From contig ACYB01000016.1 of the NCBI GenBank assembly GCA_000175855.1, positions 51,532 through 83,531 on the forward strand: a DNA stretch of 32,000 nucleotides, given 5' to 3'. The notes beneath the pieces are model-generated. The model did not search any database, was not told where the DNA came from, and worked only from the letters and a program-made list of their open reading frames with translations. This document shows, piece by piece, positions 24,601 to 32,000 of the stretch. The position numbers and the translations under genes were made by a program. Source of the stretch: Raphidiopsis brookii D9 (lineage in GTDB: Bacteria > Cyanobacteriota > Cyanobacteriia > Cyanobacteriales > Nostocaceae). The first letter of the stretch is position 1. Each line of letters starts with the position of its first letter.

Positions 24601-24898
24601 GGTCTAAACTCACTTGTCCTTCACGAGTACGGGAGACAATTTGAATTACTCCTTCTGTTGCAAAAAAGGCTTCCTCTAATTTTTTGGTAATTTCATCCAC
24701 TGCTACTTCTGGTGAAATCCCCGGTGCTTCTATTCTGACTCCAATCCGAGGATAGGTAATAGATGGTAATAGGTCTACCGGTAATCGTAGGATGAAAAAT
24801 ACACCCATGACAATCACTGCTACAGTTAGCATTAAAGTTCCAATATGTTGGCGAATAGATAGGGCACTTATACTAAAACCTTTGTGGATATTTGACAT
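21686..24898 (-). CDS. RND efflux transporter, AcrB/AcrD/AcrF family
   Basis: 1070 aa, with the 12-TM plus two large periplasmic loop layout. The N-terminus is SIRQHIGTLMLTVAVIVMGVFFILRLPVDLLP. An adaptor gene lies upstream. Confidence 0.9.
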   Translation of the reverse strand: MSNIHKGFSISALSIRQHIGTLMLTVAVIVMGVFFILRLPVDLLPSITYPRIGVRIEAPGISPEVAVDEITKKLEEAFFATEGVIQIVSRTREGQVSLDLYFQPGGNIDQALNDATATFNRTRNRLPETIEEPRLFKFDPSQLPIYEFALTSPTLKGVDLRVFAEEELGRELGLVPGVAVVDVSGGVEEEVRVNIDLDRLQALGVGLTDVLNELRNRNQDISGGRILGSNSEPLTRTVGRFKNAQEINDLSLEVSPPNSSSKNRVYLRDFAQVTDGAAKQRVYVLLNGEEAVKVSIQKQPDANTVNVVDGIKEKITQLKQAGKIPEESTLTPTLDESIFIRNSLANVTTSGLIGAGLAGFAVLLFLGSLRQTLIIVISIPLATLAAIIFMGLFGLSLNIFSLGGLALGVGIVVDNSIVMLENITTGITHNKRQNYLSNLSENTIIEQAELSSREVESALVASTSTNLVAVLPFLLIGGFISLIFNELILTISFAVAASILIAVTVVPMLTSRLLGWPVPISLTNFWLFQQFNQRFAGATRLYGKFLTGILRWRLLTIIMATLFLGGGSYWIAPQLKQEILPQINTGQVNLFAQFPPGTPLKTNQKVMGLVDEILGKQPETKYVFSTVGGFLFGSNSTANPLRSSSTITLKPGSDIESYIERVSKKFTELNLVDIRLRLTRGQVRGLLLSNSPARGADVDIILQGTDGDILEKKGRQLLAILEEKVTALRFRPDGDAKQPEIQILPNWERVTNVGLNTKEIGETIQTAITGSVPTQIQRDNRLVDVRVELNENALKTTSQLARLPLFTQGNQQVRLSDVATIITSKAPGEIQRINQRQVFVIAGNLTEGASLNQALEQVDQVLNTVEFPPNVSVLPSATAESNRQIQQSLQVLGGLAIFLVFVVMAVQYNSLVDPLVILFTIPLALAGGIFGLYITETAVGATVIVGAVLLVGIVVNNAIIMVELANQIRERERIDRRAAILKAAPQRLRPILMTTITTVLGMFPLALGIGEGSEFLQPLGVVVFSGLSVATLLTLFIIPCFYTLLHDLIGGGWKKHRWIKSSVSRNKRNG

Positions 24899-24946
24899 TT
24901 GTTTAAGGGGTTATTTTTGTTAGTTTTAATGCTGTTTTTTAAGTCT

Positions 24947-26311
24947 TTAGTTTGGTAATTCTGACAGGGCTGATAATTTAACTATTTGACCATCCTCAAG
25001 TGGTTTACTACTCCGAAATACATAACTGTCTCCCGGTTTTATTCCAGAGATAATTTCTACTTTGCCATCAGCTTCTTTACCCAACACAACTGGTTGTTCT
25101 TTAACTTTTACTCTCTCTTCTTTCCGTTCAATCACAAAAATAGTACTGTTATTATTCGTTAATGATGTTTCCTGTTCTTGATTATTAATCGCTGTTTTAA
25201 GGATCACTACTCTTGATGATTCTTGTCTGGAAAAATTTACTCTGGCCAACATTCCACTACGAATTTTTCCCTGGCTATTGGGAATCACTATCTCCACGGG
25301 CACAACTCTAGCTGTGCTATCTGCTACCGGTGAAATCCTTTCTATTCTACCCATGATTTTTTCATCAGGAAAAGCATCTAAATTTACTCCTACACTCTTA
25401 CCTATTTCTACTTTCCCCAGTTCTAATTCTGAGACTTTTACCACTACTTTGATCTGACTTAAATCGGCAATTTTTATAACTTCGTTTCCCGTTTGTAAAA
25501 GGTTCCCTGGTTCTGTGATTTTTTCTGTTACCACTCCTGTAATCGGGGAAATTAAATCACTATACGAAAGACGCTCTCTCGCTGCTTTAACTACTGCTCT
25601 CTGGGCTAAGACTCTATTTTGCGCCGCCGCTACTGCTTTCTTTTCGGTCCTCTGCTTTTCTATGGTAGCTTTCAAAATCTGTTGATATGTCCTAACTCTT
25701 GTCAGAGCCTGCTGGGCAGCTTGTTGAGAAATCGCCCCTTCTTGTAACAGTTTCTGCTGTCTGTCTGAGTCAGATTTGGCCTGCATCAGTTCTAATCTGA
25801 CTTTTTCTACCTCCGCTTCTATATTTTTTACCTGTGCCCTAACTCGCTCCACTTCTGATTCACGATTTGCTAACTCCGCTTCCTGTTGCTCTAATCCCGT
25901 CTTCAATAAAATATCATCTAGTCTACCAACCCTCTGTCCCTTGCTTACCTTATCCCCAATCTCTAAATCTAAGCCAATTAGTCTCCCCTCTACTTGCGAT
26001 CGCACGGATATTATTTTCTTGGGAACTGTACTGCCTGTATAAATTAATTCCTCATTTAGGGAGCCTGTTCGAGCGATCGCCACATCTACAGATATGGGTT
26101 TAGCACTTTTTTTTCCAGGTGAACTTTGAGATTGAGCTTCTGCTGATTCTTTGACTGTGGAAACACAGCCAGTTGCTAAAAGTCCCAGAAACAAAACAGA
26201 CACCAGTAATATCTTGTCTTTATTATGGCTGATTTGACTCACCCATGACCCGGCTCCTATGATACTTAATGCCTTTACTGTTATTCGTGACTCATTTGCT
26301 ACTAAAACCAT
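24947..26311 (-). CDS. RND efflux periplasmic adaptor (membrane fusion) lipoprotein
   Basis: Lipobox LLATGC, a coiled-coil hairpin, and a beta-barrel region (ISPITGVVTEKITEPGN). A GTG at 26242 would give a more typical signal peptide than the ATG at 26311. Confidence 0.85.
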   Translation of the reverse strand: MVLVANESRITVKALSIIGAGSWVSQISHNKDKILLVSVLFLGLLATGCVSTVKESAEAQSQSSPGKKSAKPISVDVAIARTGSLNEELIYTGSTVPKKIISVRSQVEGRLIGLDLEIGDKVSKGQRVGRLDDILLKTGLEQQEAELANRESEVERVRAQVKNIEAEVEKVRLELMQAKSDSDRQQKLLQEGAISQQAAQQALTRVRTYQQILKATIEKQRTEKKAVAAAQNRVLAQRAVVKAARERLSYSDLISPITGVVTEKITEPGNLLQTGNEVIKIADLSQIKVVVKVSELELGKVEIGKSVGVNLDAFPDEKIMGRIERISPVADSTARVVPVEIVIPNSQGKIRSGMLARVNFSRQESSRVVILKTAINNQEQETSLTNNNSTIFVIERKEERVKVKEQPVVLGKEADGKVEIISGIKPGDSYVFRSSKPLEDGQIVKLSALSELPN

Positions 26312-26502
26312 AAGTTTACTTTTTTTAGGTCACTATAAATGCGATTACATGTTAATTATTACTGACATTTCCGGGAATTGTAAAATTATTGTAAAAATTG
26401 GTATGGGAATGTTCATTAATAACCATCACCAAAAAATTTTTCCTGTATATTAAGAATAGTGAAGATATCCTAACTTTTTTCCTGATTTGAGGTAAGCGAA
26501 AA

Positions 26503-27039
26503 ATGACAATTTTGGTAAAAACTACTCAAACTGCTGATGAGCAACAAATTGCCGATTTTTTCCGCGACTCTGCAGGTACATGGCGCTCTGAAAGACGCTA
26601 CTATACCCTACCAGAAGGGAAAACCCAAGAATTAATCAGTATGATTACCATTCATTTTCTACCCAAAGGGGATCAGGAATTACTGACATTGGCTCAACTA
26701 CATAATTTACCAAACCTAGATAGTTTGAGCTGTGGAGCAAAGGTCAGTTGGCAAAGTATGGATTTGGAAAACCTGGAAAAAAAATTGCACGGTCAAACCA
26801 TATTTGGTGCTTTAGGCAAGATCTTATATCGAGACAGGGGATTTGCTACAACCAAACCAGTAACTGCTGATTATGTTATTTCTCAAGCTCATACCCTATG
26901 CTTACGAACAGAATATAATCGCGCAGCTTTTGAAGAAGAAATAAAACTAATCGGTGATAAGTATCGCACAAGACAAACCATTATTTCTCGTGATGGAAAA
27001 CCCCTTACAATAGGGCAATACTTAGAGAAACGAGTTTAG
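26503..27039 (+). CDS. Phycobiliprotein lyase, CpcS/CpeS/CpcU family
   Basis: FFRDSAGTWRSERRYY, SCGAKVSW and LRTEYNRAAFEEEIKL follow the CpcS-family pattern as I remember it (FF..SAG.W.S.R, CGA.V.W, TEY...EE). Confidence 0.7.
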   Translation: MTILVKTTQTADEQQIADFFRDSAGTWRSERRYYTLPEGKTQELISMITIHFLPKGDQELLTLAQLHNLPNLDSLSCGAKVSWQSMDLENLEKKLHGQTIFGALGKILYRDRGFATTKPVTADYVISQAHTLCLRTEYNRAAFEEEIKLIGDKYRTRQTIISRDGKPLTIGQYLEKRV

Positions 27040-27280
27040 TCCCATTGTTACTAAGCGCTATAGGTGGAGTTATAGCTGGATTTATATATTTGAGGAAATC
27101 AAAAAAAACTTCTCCAAACCTACCCCAAAAATTAATTTCTATGTCATGATAAAGAAGAGACTTAATTCGGCGATTAGTATTTTGTTGTTAGTATTGACAG
27201 GCTTTTTTTACTTGTGGTATTTACAGACTCCTCTCCGAAATCTAAATCTCTACAAACTAATGATTTTGGAGATATAATTC

Positions 27281-27577
27281 ATGTCGGTTTATGTAGGAAA
27301 TCTTTCTTACGAAGTTACACAGGATGCCTTGACAGCTGTGTTTTCGGAATATGGAGAAGTTAAACGGGTTCAAATTCCCACCGATCGGGAAACGGGTCGT
27401 GTTCGTGGTTTTGCTTTCGTGGAGATGAATTCAGAAGCACAAGAAACTGCAGCGATTGAAGCACTTGATGGTGCAGAATGGATGGGTCGTGATTTAAAAG
27501 TTAATAAGGCTAAACCTAAGGAAGAGCGTGGTGGCGGTGGTCGAAGCGGTTATGGCGGTGCACGCAACCGCTACTAA
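27281..27577 (+). CDS. rbp: RRM-type RNA-binding protein with Gly-rich tail
   Basis: RNP2 is VYVGNL and RNP1 is RGFAFVEM. The C-terminus is RGGGGRSGYGGARNRY. Confidence 0.9.
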   Translation: MSVYVGNLSYEVTQDALTAVFSEYGEVKRVQIPTDRETGRVRGFAFVEMNSEAQETAAIEALDGAEWMGRDLKVNKAKPKEERGGGGRSGYGGARNRY

Positions 27578-27610
27578 TTCCCAACTGTAGCAGTAATTTG
27601 CGATAGTAGC

Positions 27611-27642
27611 AGCTCATACTCCCGGAGTATGAGCTTTTTTCT
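27611..27642 (+). terminator. Intrinsic terminator of rbp: AGCTCATACTCC-C-GGAGTATGAGCT followed by TTTTTTCT
   Basis: A near-perfect 12-bp palindromic stem followed by a T6 run. Confidence 0.75.
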
Positions 27643-27659
27643 CAAATACCAAATATCCC

Positions 27660-27998
27660 ATGAACTACCAAATAGCACGTAAACTATTAATAGATCAAAC
27701 AGAAACTGATCGGGATACCCTCTTAAACCGTCTCCAACAGGGCAAGTTGCCCATACCGGGTCAAATTACATCTATCTTGTTAGCATTAAAACTTGTATTT
27801 GAATCCTCAAAGGATGCCAATACTATAGATAAACAACTAGCCTGGTCACTGCATAAACTAGGCAGTAAATCTTTAGAAATATTGACAACGAACCTAAAAT
27901 CTGACACTGAATGGCAACCACTGTTAAAAGAGGACTTGCAAAGAATTACTCTAGCAGTTGAAAGTATATTTTCCGGTACATGGGAAACCAAAAAATGA
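27660..27998 (+). CDS. Hypothetical protein
   Basis: A 112-aa ORF with plausible composition and no motif I recognise. Confidence 0.4.
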   Translation: MNYQIARKLLIDQTETDRDTLLNRLQQGKLPIPGQITSILLALKLVFESSKDANTIDKQLAWSLHKLGSKSLEILTTNLKSDTEWQPLLKEDLQRITLAVESIFSGTWETKK

Positions 27999-28000
27999 AA

Positions 28001-29032
28001 TCAATGGGGGACAATAGCCACCTTAATTGCCAGGCGTGATTTCATATCATTAAGGGCCTGTTCCAAATCTTCTAGGGAAGCTTGGTTACTAATTAATAAC
28101 TCAAAAGCAATTCTCCGACTTTGTATAAGAGAGAGAGAATCCCTGACGTATTTGGGAGTATTGTGAAAAACACCTTTTACAGTTAATTCATCATAATGAA
28201 GCTGTTCAGTATTGATATTAATCCTAGTGTTTTTAGGACAACCACCAAATAAATTAACAGTTCCACCGGGACGGGAACAGGAAATAGCAGTTTCCCACAC
28301 ACTGGGAACACCAGTAGCTTCTATGACCACATCCGCGCCCCATCCATCCGTCAGTTCCCTGACCGTGGTGGGAATATCCGTGACCTGATGATAATTAAAA
28401 ATCTGGGATGCTCCCAATTGTTGACCAATCTGTAGACGATGATTATTACCACCCCACAGAAATACCTGGGCTTGCAATTCCCGAGCCAAAACCCCTACAA
28501 ACATCAATCCAATAGCTCCATCACCCAAAACAACCACTCGGTCATGGGGTTTAATATGGGAGCGAGCTAATCCATGGAGGACACAGGCTAAAGGTTCAGT
28601 CATAGAAGCTAGGTCCAAGGGTAATCCCACTGGGACTCGCAGCATATTGTACTGAACAATGGGAGCGGGTATTTTCAGATATTGGGCAAAAGTGCCATTG
28701 TTCCAGGTCAGATTTGGACAAAGGGAGTATTCTTGTCGTTGACAAAAGAAACACTTCATGCAGGGAGCGGAGTTATTGGCCACCACCAGCTCTCCTAAAT
28801 GCCAATTATCCACACCAGATCCAATAGCGACAATGGTACCCACCACCTCATGTCCAAATAAGGTGGGAGGTGTCAACATTCGCGGATGCCCGCCACGTCG
28901 CCACACTTTTAGATCTGTACCACAAGTAGTGGCAGTCTCCACCTTAATCACCACTTCTCCCAAGGTGGGAGTTGGTTCTGGTATGTCCTCTAATCTTACG
29001 TCTTCCTTTCCGTAAAGTAAAGCTGCTAACAA
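28001..29032 (-). CDS. Zinc-dependent alcohol dehydrogenase family (MDR) oxidoreductase
   Basis: CGTDLK, GHEVVG, a structural-zinc Cys cluster (CMKCFFCQRQEYSLC) and the Rossmann motif VLGDGAIGL. Confidence 0.85.
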   Translation of the reverse strand: MLAALLYGKEDVRLEDIPEPTPTLGEVVIKVETATTCGTDLKVWRRGGHPRMLTPPTLFGHEVVGTIVAIGSGVDNWHLGELVVANNSAPCMKCFFCQRQEYSLCPNLTWNNGTFAQYLKIPAPIVQYNMLRVPVGLPLDLASMTEPLACVLHGLARSHIKPHDRVVVLGDGAIGLMFVGVLARELQAQVFLWGGNNHRLQIGQQLGASQIFNYHQVTDIPTTVRELTDGWGADVVIEATGVPSVWETAISCSRPGGTVNLFGGCPKNTRININTEQLHYDELTVKGVFHNTPKYVRDSLSLIQSRRIAFELLISNQASLEDLEQALNDMKSRLAIKVAIVPH

Positions 29033-30180
29033 GTTCTCTCACCCAAGCTAATCACCGTGTTTTGTCCTCCAAACCCAAAGCTACAGCATAGAACATGTTC
29101 CACCCGACTTTTTCTTGCTGCTGTCACCAAATTTAAGTTCATTTCCTTGTGCCTTAGTCCCACATTAGGAGGTAATATTTGATTTTTGATGGCCATCAGG
29201 GAAAAAGCTACACCCAATGACCCTGATGCTCCTAAGGTGTGACCGGTAGCACCTTTGGTGGAACTAATGGCTACCTGGGTAGGAAATAACTCCTGTATGA
29301 TTTTACCCTCTATTTGATCATTTATCTTGGTGGCTGTACCATGGGCATGAATATATTCTATATCTACTCCAGTCAAATTACTACGTTCTAAACATTGCTT
29401 GATGGCTAACATCCCACTTTTAGCTTGTGGTTCTGGTCTGCTACCATGAAAAGCATCTGCTGTCAAGCCAAAACCTAGGATTTCTCCGTAAATATTTTCT
29501 GGGGTTAACTGACGCTGTTCTATTGACTCTTGAGATTCCAAGACAAACACTGCTCCCCCCTCACCCAAAACTAAACCCTCTCGATTAACATCAAAGGGAT
29601 AAGCACCTGTCTTAGCCAAAGCTCCCATTTGCTGAAATCCACAAATAGTCAAAGGTGTAATTGGAGACTCAACAGCACCGGCGATCGCCTGATGACATTG
29701 ACCATTTTGAATCAACATTACAGCTTGAGCGATCGCCCAAATACCGGTAGAGCAGGCTGCCATGGGGGCTAAAACAGTTCCCACACAAGAAATTTGTCTA
29801 GCAACTGTGATAGCATTCATCACTGGCAAACTATCCAACCAATGTTCCAGATTTGAGCATGGGGGAGTGCCATCTATATGTTGTGCCAACTTTTCCCAAG
29901 ATGCTTGGTAACTGCGACTAGAACCGATAACCACCGCACAATCAGGTAATGGGGGGGACAACTTAGCATCCTTCAGAGCCTGATCTACAACTTGGGGAGT
30001 CAAAATATTCAAGGATAGTGGTTGGTGATGGATTAAACCCAAGGGAACAGGTGGCAATTCTGGGAATAGCTGGTACAATTTAATGCCACTCTTACCCAAA
30101 AGTAAATTCTGCCAGCTTTCTTGTAAACTCATACCCAGAGAGGAAACTAAACCAATACCAGTAACAAAAACCCTAAGCAA
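29026..30180 (-). CDS. Beta-ketoacyl synthase (KAS I/II-like, short form)
   Basis: TTG start. A Cys-His-His triad is suggested by PMAACSTG, HAHGTAT and GHTLGASG. Its stop overlaps the ADH start by 7 nt. Confidence 0.85.
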   Translation of the reverse strand: MLRVFVTGIGLVSSLGMSLQESWQNLLLGKSGIKLYQLFPELPPVPLGLIHHQPLSLNILTPQVVDQALKDAKLSPPLPDCAVVIGSSRSYQASWEKLAQHIDGTPPCSNLEHWLDSLPVMNAITVARQISCVGTVLAPMAACSTGIWAIAQAVMLIQNGQCHQAIAGAVESPITPLTICGFQQMGALAKTGAYPFDVNREGLVLGEGGAVFVLESQESIEQRQLTPENIYGEILGFGLTADAFHGSRPEPQAKSGMLAIKQCLERSNLTGVDIEYIHAHGTATKINDQIEGKIIQELFPTQVAISSTKGATGHTLGASGSLGVAFSLMAIKNQILPPNVGLRHKEMNLNLVTAARKSRVEHVLCCSFGFGGQNTVISLGERTC

Positions 30181-30196
30181 TTTGAGATATTAATAA

Positions 30197-30904
30197 CTAC
30201 TGTGGAAGTTTTAAATTTGCCAATCCCTTCGTAACCTGAGCCTGGTCAATTCTATCACCCTGCTGAATTTGATTAACCACCTCAATGCCATCAGTGACAT
30301 AACCAAAAACTGCATAGGCACCATCTAAAAATCCTAAATCAGCTAAAGCAAAGTAAAATTGAGATGAGGCAGAATTAGGAGTTTGAGACCTAGCCATAGC
30401 TATAGCGCCTAGTTTATGGGTCAAAACAGGTTTTTCGGAAATTGTTTTGCCGTAGACTGGCTCTTTTTCGCCTCGGGGCTTAATTTCTAGAGGAATGAGA
30501 CGTTCAATGTTCAGTTGTGGATCCATATACCCACCAGTTCCCAATCTAGCTGGGGGAAAGTTGGGATCTTTGCTTTGAGGATCACCACCTTGAACCACAA
30601 AGGGTTGGGGGTCACGCACAACGCGATGAAACATTAGTCCATTGTAAACACCCTTTTGAACCAGGTCTAGGAAATTCCCAGCAGTAATAGGGGCGTTATC
30701 ACCATCTACTTCAATAGTAATAGGTGAACCCTTAACCGTCATTACCACAGTGGCCTTACCCACCAACCGAGGCAAATTTGTATAGTTTGGGGAAGCACTA
30801 GAAGCTATTTGACTGGGGGAACAACCCGTAAATAAGACACTGCTAACTATCAGTGCTAACCACAGAAACCTGAAAGATTTAAATCGGGGGATTTGAAAGT
30901 GCAT
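30197..30904 (-). CDS. Cyclophilin-type peptidyl-prolyl cis-trans isomerase, lipoprotein
   Basis: Lipobox [38 protein letters not shown] and SQFYFAL are present. Confidence 0.9.
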   Translation of the reverse strand: MHFQIPRFKSFRFLWLALIVSSVLFTGCSPSQIASSASPNYTNLPRLVGKATVVMTVKGSPITIEVDGDNAPITAGNFLDLVQKGVYNGLMFHRVVRDPQPFVVQGGDPQSKDPNFPPARLGTGGYMDPQLNIERLIPLEIKPRGEKEPVYGKTISEKPVLTHKLGAIAMARSQTPNSASSQFYFALADLGFLDGAYAVFGYVTDGIEVVNQIQQGDRIDQAQVTKGLANLKLPQ

Positions 30905-30944
30905 TGACTGTATACTAACTCAACTATAATATTAGGACGAATAT

Positions 30945-31514
30945 TTAGAGTCCTTCTAAGGGAACGCCGAGAAACCTAGCCAATTGGGCCCCTTGAGTTT
31001 CCAGCTCTGATAAGGATAGGGGTTGACCAACACGAGTTAAGGGAATATCCCTTCTCCCCTTGACCTTGAGATAAAGTGCCCGTTGAGGATTGAGACCTTC
31101 TTTAATAGAAATGCGGACAGACTGTATATCCCCTATAGAGCTTTCAATGGCAATTTGGCGGTCTTTACCAGGAAACCCCCAACGAAAGATTTTGAACTTA
31201 CCAGTTTCCTGATTAAATTCATTATAACCACCACCTACATCCCACAAAATTACTAGCCATAAATATAAGGCTAAAAGCATACCCGCTATTCCATATATTC
31301 CCATCACTAGTCCTTGAGGTACAAATATTAGCTCAGTTGCATCAGTGACAATTAGTAGATTAACTTTTAAATAGCTAGAAATGCTGGCTAATGAAAAGCC
31401 GGATGCTCCTAAAGTAACAATAGTTGCCCAGGAGTAATTACTCAATCGTCGGGAACCGAGAACCTTTTGATGTAGGGAAATTTCACCTTTGTCAGTCACT
31501 GTTGATGATGTCAT
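30945..31514 (-). CDS. ycf4: Photosystem I assembly protein Ycf4
   Basis: VLGSRRLSNYSWATIVTLGASGFSLASISSYL and the two-TM layout are typical of Ycf4. Confidence 0.9.
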   Translation of the reverse strand: MTSSTVTDKGEISLHQKVLGSRRLSNYSWATIVTLGASGFSLASISSYLKVNLLIVTDATELIFVPQGLVMGIYGIAGMLLALYLWLVILWDVGGGYNEFNQETGKFKIFRWGFPGKDRQIAIESSIGDIQSVRISIKEGLNPQRALYLKVKGRRDIPLTRVGQPLSLSELETQGAQLARFLGVPLEGL

Positions 31515-31899
31515 TTGAAATACATAAATCTAGTTGCTTACGTAGGTGCTCAGTTTCCAGAACTCACCAAAACAACATTTTAACACAACGGCTGACAATA
31601 ATTATCTATGTCCCACCTATTGCTCCAATATCAAAAACAAAATTTTCAACCCAAAATTTTCCATAATGTGATAAGTTAAGAATCATTAAGTTGCCATCAC
31701 CTAAATAACCAGGTAGTGGCAACAGTCGTGGCATAATTTATGAGAAACACCCAAATTGAATGGTTCAATCTCATAATTCCTACCGTATACTGGTAGAGTC
31801 AAGACTCTAAAAAAACGTTTAATTCACCATGCTGAGGAAATAACCGTTCCTACAGCATCCTTAAAAACGTCGCAATTTTAGTAAACAAGAGGATTTTTC

Positions 31900-32000
31900 C
31901 ATGACCATTGCAGTTGGACGTGCCCCCTCGAGAGGGTGGTTTGACGTACTAGACGACTGGTTGAAACGCGATCGCTTCGTATTTGTAGGTTGGTCAGGAG
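31900..32000 (+). CDS. psbD: Photosystem II D2 protein, 5' partial, continuing beyond the window
   Basis: My translation, [33 protein letters not shown], is the canonical D2 N-terminus. Confidence 0.95.

Noticed and set aside
31424-31666. 80-aa plus-strand ORF spanning the ycf4 start and the ycf4-psbD spacer.
   Set aside because: It is antisense to the ycf4 N-terminus and runs into a divergent promoter region. No coding signal is apparent.

Overview
This window looks like chromosomal DNA from a filamentous, probably Nostocales-type, cyanobacterium. Evidence: about a dozen HIP1 octamers (GCGATCGC, e.g. 1366-1373, 1698-1705, 2256-2263), an AT-rich background, and the genes ccmK3/ccmK4, psbD, ycf4, a CpcS-type lyase gene and an RRM-type rbp gene. 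Most of the window is conserved core genome. It holds the ccmK3-ccmK4 satellite carboxysome shell pair, rnz, a Ser/Thr kinase, gnd, a Ycf66-like gene, and the trnW-secE-nusG-rplK-rplA-rplJ-rplL cluster. It also holds rplS, an RND pump with its adaptor, a zinc-ADH/ketosynthase pair, a cyclophilin, ycf4 and the start of psbD. The exception is an accessory-looking island at about 2.6-11.5 kb. It carries five tandem small genes, two of them below the ORF-track cutoff. All five encode peptides with a conserved 24-aa leader ending in Gly-Gly, and each gene follows a conserved leader element of about 140-185 nt. Downstream lie a C39-peptidase-domain ABC exporter, a HlyD-family adaptor interrupted at an A7 run, a degenerate histidine-kinase-like protein, a NarL/LuxR-type response regulator and a small two-TM HisKA_3 kinase. 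The predicted mature peptides are Cys-free, hydrophobic and neutral to acidic, unlike classical cationic bacteriocins, and no modification enzyme is present. I consider this peptide export and sensing locus the best candidate for an uncharacterised system here. Cyanobacterial double-glycine peptide clusters have been noted before by genome mining, so any novelty is at the level of this family and its architecture. All calls rest on reading the sequence and on remembered family motifs; no database search was run.
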